This document shows positions 28,907 to 38,004 of a stretch of DNA of 64,000 nucleotides, piece after piece (the stretch's first letter is position 1; the number at the start of each line of letters is the position of its first letter). This DNA is from Candidatus Krumholzibacteriota bacterium (GTDB lineage Bacteria; Krumholzibacteriota; Krumholzibacteriia; JAJRXK01): contig CAVSGG010000017.1 in the NCBI GenBank assembly GCA_963727455.1, positions 96,001 to 160,000 on the forward strand, in the 5' to 3' direction. The position numbers and the translations under genes are program-made. The notes below the pieces were generated by a model. It made no database searches. It was given only the letters and a program-made list of their open reading frames with translations, and was not told where the DNA came from.

Positions 28907-29721
28907 GTCGCGTGGCGATCGCGGTTCTGCAGTTTCCCGGCCTCAACTGCGAGACCGAAACGCTGCGCGAACTCACTCGCGCCGGGGTACAGCCTGCCCT
29001 GGTGCGCTGGAATTCGGGCTCCGCGCATCTTTCGCGCTATGCCGGCTTCGTCATTCCCGGAGGGTTCTCCTACCAGGACCGCATTCGTGCCGGCGCCATC
29101 GCCGCGAAGTCCCCTCTGTTGGAGGAAGTCGTGCGCGAGGTGGAGAAGGGAAAGCCCATTCTTGGCATCTGCAACGGCGCGCAGATACTGGTCGAGGCGG
29201 GTTTGGTGCCGGGGGAGGAGGCGGGCCGAATCGACCTGTGTCTCGCTCCCAACAAGGTCAAGGGTTGGAGCGGTTACCACGCGCGTTGGGTCTTCGTGAA
29301 ACCCGATTCGCATTCCTGCTTCTTTACCGAGAATTTGCACGAGCCATTTCCCGTCGTGGTGGCCCACGGCGAGGGACGCTTCACCACCCAAGATCACAAG
29401 CTGTGGGATTCGCTGCGTGAGCGCGGGCGTTTCGCCCTGCGCTACTGCAGCCCCGAGGGCGAGAGCGCACGCGGCTTTCCGGAGAACCCCAACGGTGTCG
29501 TGGACGACGTGGCGGGCATGTCCGGTCTGGACGGCCAGGTCCTGGCCTTCATGCCCCATCCCGAGCGGGCCTCCCTCCTGTGGCAGCTTCCGGAGGACCT
29601 GCCGGGGGTCTGGGGGGAGCGGCGGCGGGCCGCTGCGGGAAGCCGGGAGCAGCTGCAGGCGGAGGGGCCGGGACGCGCGCTCCTGGCGGCCTTTTGCCGG
29701 CTGAAAGGGAGGAACACCTGA
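28903..29721 (+). CDS. purQ: FGAM synthase glutaminase subunit PurQ
   Basis: FPGLNC, PGGFSY.D, GICNG.Q, AHGEG, NPNG, MPHPER; ATGA overlap with purL. Confidence 0.96.
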   Translation: MSRVAIAVLQFPGLNCETETLRELTRAGVQPALVRWNSGSAHLSRYAGFVIPGGFSYQDRIRAGAIAAKSPLLEEVVREVEKGKPILGICNGAQILVEAGLVPGEEAGRIDLCLAPNKVKGWSGYHARWVFVKPDSHSCFFTENLHEPFPVVVAHGEGRFTTQDHKLWDSLRERGRFALRYCSPEGESARGFPENPNGVVDDVAGMSGLDGQVLAFMPHPERASLLWQLPEDLPGVWGERRRAAAGSREQLQAEGPGRALLAAFCRLKGRNT

Positions 29722-30368
29722 TGCAGCCCTTGGTCTTCCTGCTCCGCCGCAGGGCGGTGGACCTGGTCGCGGTCTCGGCCGCGGCCGCGCTGCGCGATGC
29801 GCTGGGCCTGGGCGAGCGTCTCCGCGCGCTACGCCGCGATGACGGCCACTCACTCGAGAATCTGAATCAAGGTAGCCAGGAAGAGTGGCTGCAGGCCTGC
29901 GTGAATCGGGCCTCGTGGTTCAATCCCAATACCCATCGGCACGCGCTCTTCCAGGCTGCGCCGGGAGCGCACGCCGCGGCGCTGCAAGGGGAATCCTGGC
30001 CAAAGCCGTGGCTCGGCCAGCTACTGGGCAGCGATCGCGCCGAACTGGCCAAGCCGAGAAGCTGCGACGATCTTGATGCCTGGCTCTCACTTCCCCGCGA
30101 GCGGGATTGTTACCGCGTGAGTTTGGTTGCCTTCGACAGCGAGGAACCGGTTCGCTCCCTGCCCAGAGGGCATTGGCCCGATCCCGCGGGTCGAGTACTC
30201 GCTTTTCAGCTGTGGACCCTCTCGCTCGCCGCGCCCGACGCGGACGCGGCCTATGATCTGGCACTCGAGGTTTCCGTGGCTCGCTCGCGCGATCGCGGAC
30301 TACTCATTCATCCGCACCGTGAACGCTGGGCTCTGGCCACCCCCGTCGCGGTCCTTTGGGAGGAATGA
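29721..30368 (+). CDS. Hypothetical protein, probable tandem PurS-like subunit
   Basis: Translationally coupled between purQ and purF; two half-repeats ending WFNPN and LLIHPH, resembling the PurS LLANP motif. Confidence 0.55.
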   Translation: MQPLVFLLRRRAVDLVAVSAAAALRDALGLGERLRALRRDDGHSLENLNQGSQEEWLQACVNRASWFNPNTHRHALFQAAPGAHAAALQGESWPKPWLGQLLGSDRAELAKPRSCDDLDAWLSLPRERDCYRVSLVAFDSEEPVRSLPRGHWPDPAGRVLAFQLWTLSLAAPDADAAYDLALEVSVARSRDRGLLIHPHRERWALATPVAVLWEE

Positions 30369-31807
30369 TCTTGCGAGAATTGGCACACGAGGACCGACTG
30401 CGCGAGGAATGCGGCGTGATGGCCGTGGTGGGCCATCCCGACGCGCCGCGTTTGTGCGCACTCGGTCTGGCCGCCCTGCAGCACCGGGGCCAGGAGTCGG
30501 CGGGAATTGCGGCAGCCGACGGCCACGTCGTCGTCTCGCACAAGGCCATGGGATATGTCAGCGACGCGCTTCGGGACGAGGACGTCGCCCGGCTGAAAGG
30601 ACATCTGGCCATCGGCCACGTGCGCTATTCGACGACCGGGTCCTCCAACTTGATGAATGCGCAACCCATTCACGTCACCTACAAACGCGGCAGTTTGGCG
30701 ATCGCGCACAACGGTAATCTGGTGAATGCGGCCGGCCTGCGCCGGGCGATGGAGGATCAGGGCTCGATCTTCAACACTACGAACGACAGCGAGGTGATTC
30801 TCCATCTCATCGCCCGCTCCCAGGCCGAGACGCTCCAGCAGGCCTGTCGGGAGGCCCTGGACAAAGTGGAGGGCGCTTACTCGCTGCTCATCATCGACCC
30901 CGAATCCGTGATCGTGGCGCGCGATCCGCGCGGGTTCCGCCCTCTTTGTCTGGGACGTCTGGATGGGGCCTGGGTTGCTGCCAGCGAGAGCTGTGCGCTA
31001 GACATGATCTCAGCCAGCTACGAGCGCGAGGTCGAGCCGGGCGAGATGGTGATTCTGGACTCCCGCGGTCAGATCCAGAGCGTGCGCTGGACCGAAGAGC
31101 GTCCCGCCAGCATGTGCATCTTCGAGTACGTCTACTTCGCTCGCCCGGACAGCCAGATCTACGGGCGCAGCGTCAACGCGGTGCGGCGTCGCATGGGGGA
31201 GGTGTTGGGAGGCGAGGCTCCGGTCGAGGCCGATGTCGTGATCGGTGTACCCGATTCCTCCAACACCGCTTCCTTGGGCTACAGTCAGGTCACGCAGATT
31301 CCCTGGGAGCTCGGGCTCATCCGCAACCACTACGTGGGACGCACCTTTATCCGTCCCTCCCAGGAGGTTCGCGACTTTTCGGTGCGCAAGAAGTACAACC
31401 CGGTCGGCCACGTGCTGAAGGGCCAACGCGTGGTGGTGGTGGACGACTCGATCGTGCGCGGAACCACCATGCGCAAGTTGGTCACCCTGATCCGCGGCGC
31501 GGGCGCGCGGGAAGTCCACCTGCGCATTTCCTCGCCGCCCATTACCCATTCCTGCTACTACGGGATCGACACTCCCGTGTCCAAGCACCTGATCGCTTCC
31601 TCACACAGCGTCGACGAGATCGCCCAGTACCTGCAGGTGGACAGTCTGGCCTACCTGAGCGTGGAGGGATTGATGTCGGCGGTGCGCAGCTCGGAGGGCT
31701 TCTGCCGGGCCTGCTTCACCGGGGAATACCCCGTGGCCCCGCCCGAATCGGCCTCGAAAGAGGTCTTTGAGGGTTCGCTAAGCCTCCCCGGCCCGGAGGC
31801 TGTCTGA
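30365..31807 (+). CDS. purF: Amidophosphoribosyltransferase (propeptide/Fe-S type)
   Basis: EECG N-terminal nucleophile, LQHRGQES, GHVRYST, CIFEYVYFARPDS, VVVDDSIVRGTT, FCRACF. Confidence 0.98.
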   Translation: MILRELAHEDRLREECGVMAVVGHPDAPRLCALGLAALQHRGQESAGIAAADGHVVVSHKAMGYVSDALRDEDVARLKGHLAIGHVRYSTTGSSNLMNAQPIHVTYKRGSLAIAHNGNLVNAAGLRRAMEDQGSIFNTTNDSEVILHLIARSQAETLQQACREALDKVEGAYSLLIIDPESVIVARDPRGFRPLCLGRLDGAWVAASESCALDMISASYEREVEPGEMVILDSRGQIQSVRWTEERPASMCIFEYVYFARPDSQIYGRSVNAVRRRMGEVLGGEAPVEADVVIGVPDSSNTASLGYSQVTQIPWELGLIRNHYVGRTFIRPSQEVRDFSVRKKYNPVGHVLKGQRVVVVDDSIVRGTTMRKLVTLIRGAGAREVHLRISSPPITHSCYYGIDTPVSKHLIASSHSVDEIAQYLQVDSLAYLSVEGLMSAVRSSEGFCRACFTGEYPVAPPESASKEVFEGSLSLPGPEAV

Positions 31808-32050
31808 GAATCTGGTCCCGCCGCTGCATTCTGCCTATCTTTCTGGCACCGAGGGCTCGATGGCCAGTCAGGTGATTCGCCCTCGCGAGCCGAGTTCCTC
31901 ACCGCCACAGTAGGGCCCTTTCCGCGACACGGTTGCGATGGTGGGTCCGATGCGCGGAGAATCTTGCTACAAGCCGGATTGCTAGGACCAGCTCCAGTAA
32001 GATGACAGGTTGACCACACGAGGGTCCCGGGTACAGAGTACCGGCATCGG

Positions 32051-32353
32051 ATGCCGGGAAGGCCATGGCTCCCGGACCGTCGTGGGAATGAAAAAGAGAA
32101 CGTCCGCAGAAAAAGTTATCGGGCGATCGAGTATAACGAAGCCTTCCTGCCAGAGGACGGGAAGGTGGGGGCCGTGCAGGGAGCCGTATTGGCGCGCACC
32201 CACGGCCAGAGAATCCTCAAGTGGATCGACGGGGTCGAGAAGGGCCCTGACGGATTGGCAATCGCGAACCAGGCATCGTCCTGTGTCCCCGCGTCGTTTG
32301 CCCGCAGCCGCCCGCGCGTTCCGTCGGTCTTTCAGTGCGGTGCAAGGATCTGA
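32051..32353 (+). CDS. Small hypothetical protein (uncertain)
   Basis: 100-aa ORF with G/C-ending codon bias in a roughly 600-bp gap; no recognisable motif. Confidence 0.3.
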   Translation: MPGRPWLPDRRGNEKENVRRKSYRAIEYNEAFLPEDGKVGAVQGAVLARTHGQRILKWIDGVEKGPDGLAIANQASSCVPASFARSRPRVPSVFQCGARI

Positions 32354-32401
32354 GAACCATCTCGATTCCGCCGCCGGGAAAATCACAACCAGGACCCGTC
32401 C

Positions 32402-34660
32402 GTGAGCAACGACCACCCAAAGGTGGCCTTGGGGGCGGCGAGCGAATCTGGGCTGAACCGGTACCACGAGCTGCTCGACAGGGAGATTCTTCCCTGTTTA
32501 GAGCGCCCCGGTCGCTACATCGGACCCTTCGAGGTTCGAGGGTTCGCCACCGAAGGCGCTGAAGCCGAGCGCCTGTCCCTGCTCTGGCCTTCGCTGCCGG
32601 AGAGCCATCACATCCCGCAAGATCTGGCGCCGATCCGCCAGGCGCTGGAGAACCGTCTGCGAACTCCTCTCGAATTCGCCTGCGTTCCGGCGCCGGAGTG
32701 TGCCGCGCGCCTGGCCGCCTGTCGTCTGCCCTACTTCAGCCGTCCTCGCTGGCTTCCTCTCTCGCGCTTTTCTCAACTGGCAGTCTGGCTCGAGGATCCT
32801 CTCCAAGTGTTTGGACTGTTGAGCATTCTGGAGGCGGCCGGACTGCCCCTGCGGAAAAAGGAACGCTCTCTGGCTCCTTCGGTCTGGGCGGGGGGACCCG
32901 CGGTCCCCTATCTCACAGCTCTGCTCGAGCTCTGGGTGGACAACCAGATCTCCACGGCAGATCCCGAGGCCTACGCCGAGGCCCTGACACAGGCGCGGTC
33001 CGAGGGCTCGCAGAGCCCCGATCCCGATTTCTCCGCAGACTTGAGCCTGGCTTTGGACCCGAAGAACCCGCAGCGCTTTGAGTGCGGGGACGTGGGAGTG
33101 GGCAAAGCCAGAGCGCGTCCGGTCCTGGAAGCTCATCTGAGCCGCCCACTCTGTGAGGTGGAAGCTGGATTCGCCGGCGCACGGTCGACCAAGATGCATC
33201 TCTTCGCTGCGAGCAGCCGTCTGCGGGCTTCGCTCGGCCTGAGCGGAGACGAAGAGGTGCGCGCGGCCCTGCGCGAAGCCCTAGCCCACGAGTCGCGGCA
33301 GCTCACGCTGTATCTCGCGCTAGGCCTTCCTCAGGAGCGCGCGGAGGATCGCGCCGCGATCGGAGAGCTTTTGCGCCAGGTGGTGCGCATCGCGCCCCGC
33401 GGGGCCCGGCAAATCCAGCTGGTCCTGAGTCCCTATCTTGGATTGTCGCCGAAAGACCGCCGGTCACCCGCCGAACTCGCGCGCTGGTCCGCCGCGGTCG
33501 AGGATCGGGCGCGGTCTCTTCGACTCAAAGGCGACTTTCCCTGCGAGGCTGCTCTGCGCCTCGGTTCCGTGATCGTCCGAGGTGATGCGGAGGCCGCGGC
33601 AGAGGTAGAAGCGCTTCACGAGGCGGGACTGCGCCATGGTGACGAAGATGGCGTCCTGCATCGCTTCGTCCGCGGTTTCGATTTTTCACAGGACGGGCCA
33701 AGCGCGTCCGCTGCGGCGGAGGACACTGCTCTCGCTGCAGACGCGGAAACTGCCAGCTCGGTGGGGCTCGATTCCGCCGTAGCGGCACCCACCGGGTTGG
33801 AGACGCTCAGCCCCGTTTCACCTTCGCTGGACGCGAATGGCCATCCGCTTCGCAGCGATCAAAATCCCGAGGAACAGCAGAAAGCCGACCGCTGGCAGCG
33901 CTGGAATGCTCTGGTTCCGCGGGAATATCCCCTGCGTCTGATCTTCGAAAAGCGCGGACTTGCGCGCCATCTCTCGCATCGGGAGACGAGTGATCTTCTG
34001 GTGGAGGCCATGCAACGGGGCGGTCTACCTTTGGCCATTGCCGGTGTCGTCTCTCCCCGGCCGAAACTCTCTTTTGGTCCTTCTCTGCCCGTGGGCGTGA
34101 CGGGTCTTCATGAATTCGTGGACCTGAGCCTGACCCGCAAACCCACGGAGATTCTCTCCCCGATCAACGAGCATCTCCCCGAAGGGCTGCTGGCGCGCGC
34201 GGCGCGCTACCTCCCGCCGGGGGCTCGCAAGTCTCATCTCCCCGTCGAGCGGGCCCGCTACCGAGCCCTCATACCGCCACCGCAGGTGGATGCCGTGCGT
34301 GAAGGGCTGGAGCGGTTTTCTGCGGCGGCGAGTTGGGAGATTGAGCGCATCAAGGGAGAGAAGCTTATCCGAATCGAGCTGAAGGCTCAGGTGACGGACA
34401 TCGACCTGCGGATTGGCGATTCCAAAGCCTGTGAACTCCGCTTCGACCTCATGCTCGACACCGAGGGGGCAAGGCCGCGCGCGCGCGAGTTTCTCGCCTC
34501 TGTCCTGGGTGTCGCCTGCGACGATGTTCGCACGATAACTCTCAGTCGCGAATGCCTTCTCAGTCGCGGCGGTCAGGTTCTGGGATCGTGGAAAACTCCC
34601 CTGGAACTGGTCGACCTCGCGCTGAGGCGTTCGCGGCAGGCAATCAAACGAAACACATAG
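32402..34660 (+). CDS. Degenerate TIGR03960-like radical-SAM region fused to DUF2344/TIGR03936 radical SAM-linked domain
   Basis: C-terminal LIFEKRGLARHLSH, PRPKLSFGPSLPVG and LPEGL motifs; N-terminal remnants PGRYIG, AGGP and LYLALGLP.E..ED; located upstream of rne/rng. Confidence 0.7.
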   Translation: MSNDHPKVALGAASESGLNRYHELLDREILPCLERPGRYIGPFEVRGFATEGAEAERLSLLWPSLPESHHIPQDLAPIRQALENRLRTPLEFACVPAPECAARLAACRLPYFSRPRWLPLSRFSQLAVWLEDPLQVFGLLSILEAAGLPLRKKERSLAPSVWAGGPAVPYLTALLELWVDNQISTADPEAYAEALTQARSEGSQSPDPDFSADLSLALDPKNPQRFECGDVGVGKARARPVLEAHLSRPLCEVEAGFAGARSTKMHLFAASSRLRASLGLSGDEEVRAALREALAHESRQLTLYLALGLPQERAEDRAAIGELLRQVVRIAPRGARQIQLVLSPYLGLSPKDRRSPAELARWSAAVEDRARSLRLKGDFPCEAALRLGSVIVRGDAEAAAEVEALHEAGLRHGDEDGVLHRFVRGFDFSQDGPSASAAAEDTALAADAETASSVGLDSAVAAPTGLETLSPVSPSLDANGHPLRSDQNPEEQQKADRWQRWNALVPREYPLRLIFEKRGLARHLSHRETSDLLVEAMQRGGLPLAIAGVVSPRPKLSFGPSLPVGVTGLHEFVDLSLTRKPTEILSPINEHLPEGLLARAARYLPPGARKSHLPVERARYRALIPPPQVDAVREGLERFSAAASWEIERIKGEKLIRIELKAQVTDIDLRIGDSKACELRFDLMLDTEGARPRAREFLASVLGVACDDVRTITLSRECLLSRGGQVLGSWKTPLELVDLALRRSRQAIKRNT

Positions 34661-34672
34661 GTATATCTAGTC

Positions 34673-37288
34673 ATGCTCAAAGAAATCGTAGTCAATTCGA
34701 CTCCAAACGAGATTCGCATCGGGATCGTGGAAGATCGGGAGCTGGTCGAGCTGCTCAGCGAGAGCGCCGACGCAACGCGCATGGTGGGGAATCTCTACAA
34801 AGGGAAGGTGACCGCGGTGCGGCCCGGCTTGCAGGCCGCGTTCGTGGACATCGGATTCGACAAAGCCGGCTTTCTTCACGTCAGTGACCTCGTGCACGAG
34901 GAACCCGATGACGATGACGATCATCGCGGCGGCCGGCGCCGCAGCCGTGGACGGGAAGGAATGCGCCCCATCGAGCGCATGCTCCGCGAGGGGGACGAGA
35001 TTCTGGTCCAGGTCGTGAAGGAGCCTATCGGGACCAAGGGTCCGCGCCTCACCGCCGACGTCAGTTTACCGGGCCGATTCCTCGTACTCATGCCCAAAGG
35101 CTCCCACGTCGGTGTCAGCCGCAAAATCGCCGATCGCAAGGAGCGTTCGCGCTTGAAGGAGATGCTCTCGTCGGTGCGGCCCGGCGAAGGCGCCTACATC
35201 ATTCGAACCGCGGGAGAAGGCATCGACGAGAAGATGCTGCGCAAGGACGTCGAGTACCTCGCGAGTGCCTGGACCGACATCAAACAACGGATGACTCAGG
35301 TCAAGGCCCCCGCCGTGGTACACGAGGATGTCGGGCTCATCGTGGGGCTCATTCGCGACGTTCTCACCGAGGACGTCGATGCAGTTCACATCGACAACGA
35401 AGAGGACTACAACCGGCTCGCCAAGTATGTGAAGAACTTCGCGCCCCGTCTGCAGGATAGAATCAAGCTCTACCGCGGTGACATGGCGCTCTTCGACAAG
35501 TATGACATCGAAAGCGAGCTGAAGAAGAGCCTCGAGCGCAAAGTCTGGATGAAGAAGGGTGGGTACATCGTCATTGATCCCACCGAGGCGCTCGTGGCCA
35601 TCGACGTGAACACGGGTCGTTTCACCGGCAAAAGAAACCAGGAAGAGACCATTTTCAAGACCAACATGATCGCCGCTCGTGAGATTCCGCGGCAGCTGCG
35701 TCTGCGCGACATCGGCGGGATCATCATCATCGACTTCATCGACATGGAGAGCGAGGCCAATAAGCGCAAGGTCCTCAACGAGCTCCGCACCTATCTGAAG
35801 CGGGACCGAGCGCGCACCAAGACTTTCAACGTGAGCGACTTGGGACTGGTGGAAATGAGTCGTCAGCGCGTGCGGGAAAGTCTGCAGGCCAGGCTGAGCG
35901 ACGATTGCCCATTCTGCCATGCCACCGGTCACATTCTGTCGCTCGATACGCTCGCCAACAAGGTGGAGCGCCTTCTCTCCAAGTGCGGTCTGGTTACGCA
36001 GGAAAACGCGGTGCAGGTCCAGGCCAGCCCCAGTCTCGCGATCCATCTGCTCACCCATCGCGGCGAAGCGGTCGAGAAGATCGCGCGCGGCTTCAATATG
36101 AAGATCGATATTCTGGATGACGCGCGGATCCACCGTGAGGAATTCAAGATTGTCTCCCTGCGAAACCGAAAGGACCTCACGAGCCAGCTCGAAACGGCGG
36201 TGTGGAAAGGGACGGTCACCCGCCGACGCTCCTCCGCGGCGGTTGCTGCCGAGGGCCAATCCAGCGATCAACGGGAGCGCGGCGACCGCAACGCGGGTCA
36301 GAGCTCCCGCTCCTCGAGCTCGCGTCGCGGCAGCTCCAACCGCGACCGGCGCGGAGAGAGTGGAAGTGGAGAGAGCGGACGGGGTGGACGCTCGCGTCGC
36401 TCTCGTTCCTCCTCCTCGCAAGGAGGGGCACAGACGGACGACAGTCCCCGGCAGAGGCAGGAGTCGAGTTCCAGGGGATCTTCGAGCCGTCAGGATTCAC
36501 AACGCTCTGAGAACCGCGATTCCCGCCGTTCCGGCTCGCGGCGCGATGGACGAAGGTCCAGCTCCAACGCATCAGAACGCGATGCGCAGCGCCAGGAGAT
36601 TGCGGCGGCGGACGAGCGCGGAGCCCGCAACGCCCAGAGCTCGAGCGCTGAGGATCGCTCCCGCAGCGCGAGTTCCGAGGGCGAGACCAGTAAGCGCCCC
36701 CGCCGGCGCAGGAGAGGAAGGCGCGGTCGTGGCCGCGGCAGGGGCGCCGCGAAGGGCGCCGAGGGAAACGCGAACAGCGCGCAAGGAGCCGCGAAGAACG
36801 CGGAAGCCAAGGCGAAAGGTGCCCAGCCAAACGCGAAAGCCGCGGACAACGGTGCCAAGGGCCCAGAGGATGCCCCTGCTCGGCAATCCCAGCCGAGACC
36901 CCGTCCCGAGCAAACGAGCTCGAGATCCGCAGCGTCCAAGGATACCCCGCAGCGTGGTTCCCGGGAAGAGAGCGAGGAGAAATCCCGTCCCGCACGCGGC
37001 TCCCGTTCCCGGCGCGGGCGTGGCCGCAGGATGCAAAGCTCGGAATCAAGCTCTCAGAGCAAGGCAGCCGAGAATCAGCCGGCGGCCCAGAACCGGCAAG
37101 GCGAGAACGAGCCGGCGCGGAGCCAGCCCTCACAGAGCCGAGCCTCCCAATCGTCCCCGAACTCCAATTCCGCGACGAAGACTCAGAGCTCTGCCGAACC
37201 TCAGGAGTCAAAGAAGGAAGCGAGAGAGGAAAAACAGCCTTCCAAGCGTCGCCATCGACGGGTGCGCCGCTCGGGACGAAGTCACTAG
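34673..37288 (+). CDS. Rne/Rng family ribonuclease with long disordered C-terminal tail
   Basis: GNLYKGKV, QAAFVDIG, KEPIGTKG.RLT, IDVNTG, LRLRDIGGIIIIDFIDM, Zn-link CPFC; roughly 360-aa R/S/Q-rich tail. Confidence 0.95.
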   Translation: MLKEIVVNSTPNEIRIGIVEDRELVELLSESADATRMVGNLYKGKVTAVRPGLQAAFVDIGFDKAGFLHVSDLVHEEPDDDDDHRGGRRRSRGREGMRPIERMLREGDEILVQVVKEPIGTKGPRLTADVSLPGRFLVLMPKGSHVGVSRKIADRKERSRLKEMLSSVRPGEGAYIIRTAGEGIDEKMLRKDVEYLASAWTDIKQRMTQVKAPAVVHEDVGLIVGLIRDVLTEDVDAVHIDNEEDYNRLAKYVKNFAPRLQDRIKLYRGDMALFDKYDIESELKKSLERKVWMKKGGYIVIDPTEALVAIDVNTGRFTGKRNQEETIFKTNMIAAREIPRQLRLRDIGGIIIIDFIDMESEANKRKVLNELRTYLKRDRARTKTFNVSDLGLVEMSRQRVRESLQARLSDDCPFCHATGHILSLDTLANKVERLLSKCGLVTQENAVQVQASPSLAIHLLTHRGEAVEKIARGFNMKIDILDDARIHREEFKIVSLRNRKDLTSQLETAVWKGTVTRRRSSAAVAAEGQSSDQRERGDRNAGQSSRSSSSRRGSSNRDRRGESGSGESGRGGRSRRSRSSSSQGGAQTDDSPRQRQESSSRGSSSRQDSQRSENRDSRRSGSRRDGRRSSSNASERDAQRQEIAAADERGARNAQSSSAEDRSRSASSEGETSKRPRRRRRGRRGRGRGRGAAKGAEGNANSAQGAAKNAEAKAKGAQPNAKAADNGAKGPEDAPARQSQPRPRPEQTSSRSAASKDTPQRGSREESEEKSRPARGSRSRRGRGRRMQSSESSSQSKAAENQPAAQNRQGENEPARSQPSQSRASQSSPNSNSATKTQSSAEPQESKKEAREEKQPSKRRHRRVRRSGRSH

Positions 37289-38004
37289 TCGTGCTTCGTG
37301 AGGGCGTTCCTGCGCTCAGCTGAGCCGGCGGCCTGTGATAGGGGCGCGAAGAGGGGAAGTGTCTCCGGCTCGCTCATCGTTACCGCGTGGTGCCCGAGCC
37401 CCCTGTCCGGGACGGGCGTGCTTACCGCCGCCTCGAGTTTGCCTAACAGCTCCTGCGCATCGCGTGGGACTTTTCCCAGCACGCTCAGGCTTTCCATCGC
37501 CTCCAGGTAGCCTTCTGCGCGCTCGGGGCGAGCTGAGCGTTGCATCAATTCAGCGAATCGCGCGCCGTGGTTGGGCACTTTCAGGTGAATCAGTTCGTGC
37601 AGGAGGATGTGCTCCACCACCCAAACCGGGTGGCCTCGAAGCGCTTCGCTGATCCGAATGCTCCCGCTCTCTTGATGCGGATCGAAAGTGCACGAGCCCC
37701 AGCGGCTTCGTTGACGCTTGGAGAAGGCGACGGAAAAGGGCGGGAGCTTGAGATCACGCAAACGACTGCGCGCGATCTTCCGGGCCAGTTGCATGAGCCT
37801 GTCTTCATCGAAGACGCGCTTGCGCGCCAGATCGTCCCTAAGGCGTCGCCGTAGCTCGGGGAGAATTCTCTCCAATTCGCCTCTGCCAATCCGCCGTGGA
37901 ATGCGCGCTCTGAGCCGGCCCTCCTCCAGACGGAGTTCGACGGACCGTCGTCGCGATCGAATCAGCTCGATGGTACTGGGCAAAAAATCAGTGGCGGCTG
38001 GCAT
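37285..38004 (-). CDS. YgjP/DUF45-like (M48-related) metallopeptidase
   Basis: RWGSC; HELIH (HExxH) followed by NHG..F. Confidence 0.8.
   Translation of the reverse strand: MPAATDFLPSTIELIRSRRRSVELRLEEGRLRARIPRRIGRGELERILPELRRRLRDDLARKRVFDEDRLMQLARKIARSRLRDLKLPPFSVAFSKRQRSRWGSCTFDPHQESGSIRISEALRGHPVWVVEHILLHELIHLKVPNHGARFAELMQRSARPERAEGYLEAMESLSVLGKVPRDAQELLGKLEAAVSTPVPDRGLGHHAVTMSEPETLPLFAPLSQAAGSAERRNALTKHD

Noticed and set aside
32160-32260. tmRNA-like GGATCGACGGGG segment
   Set aside because: No GGGGC 5' acceptor end at the right distance and no T-arm/CCA 3' end; no ssrA was recognised next to smpB either.
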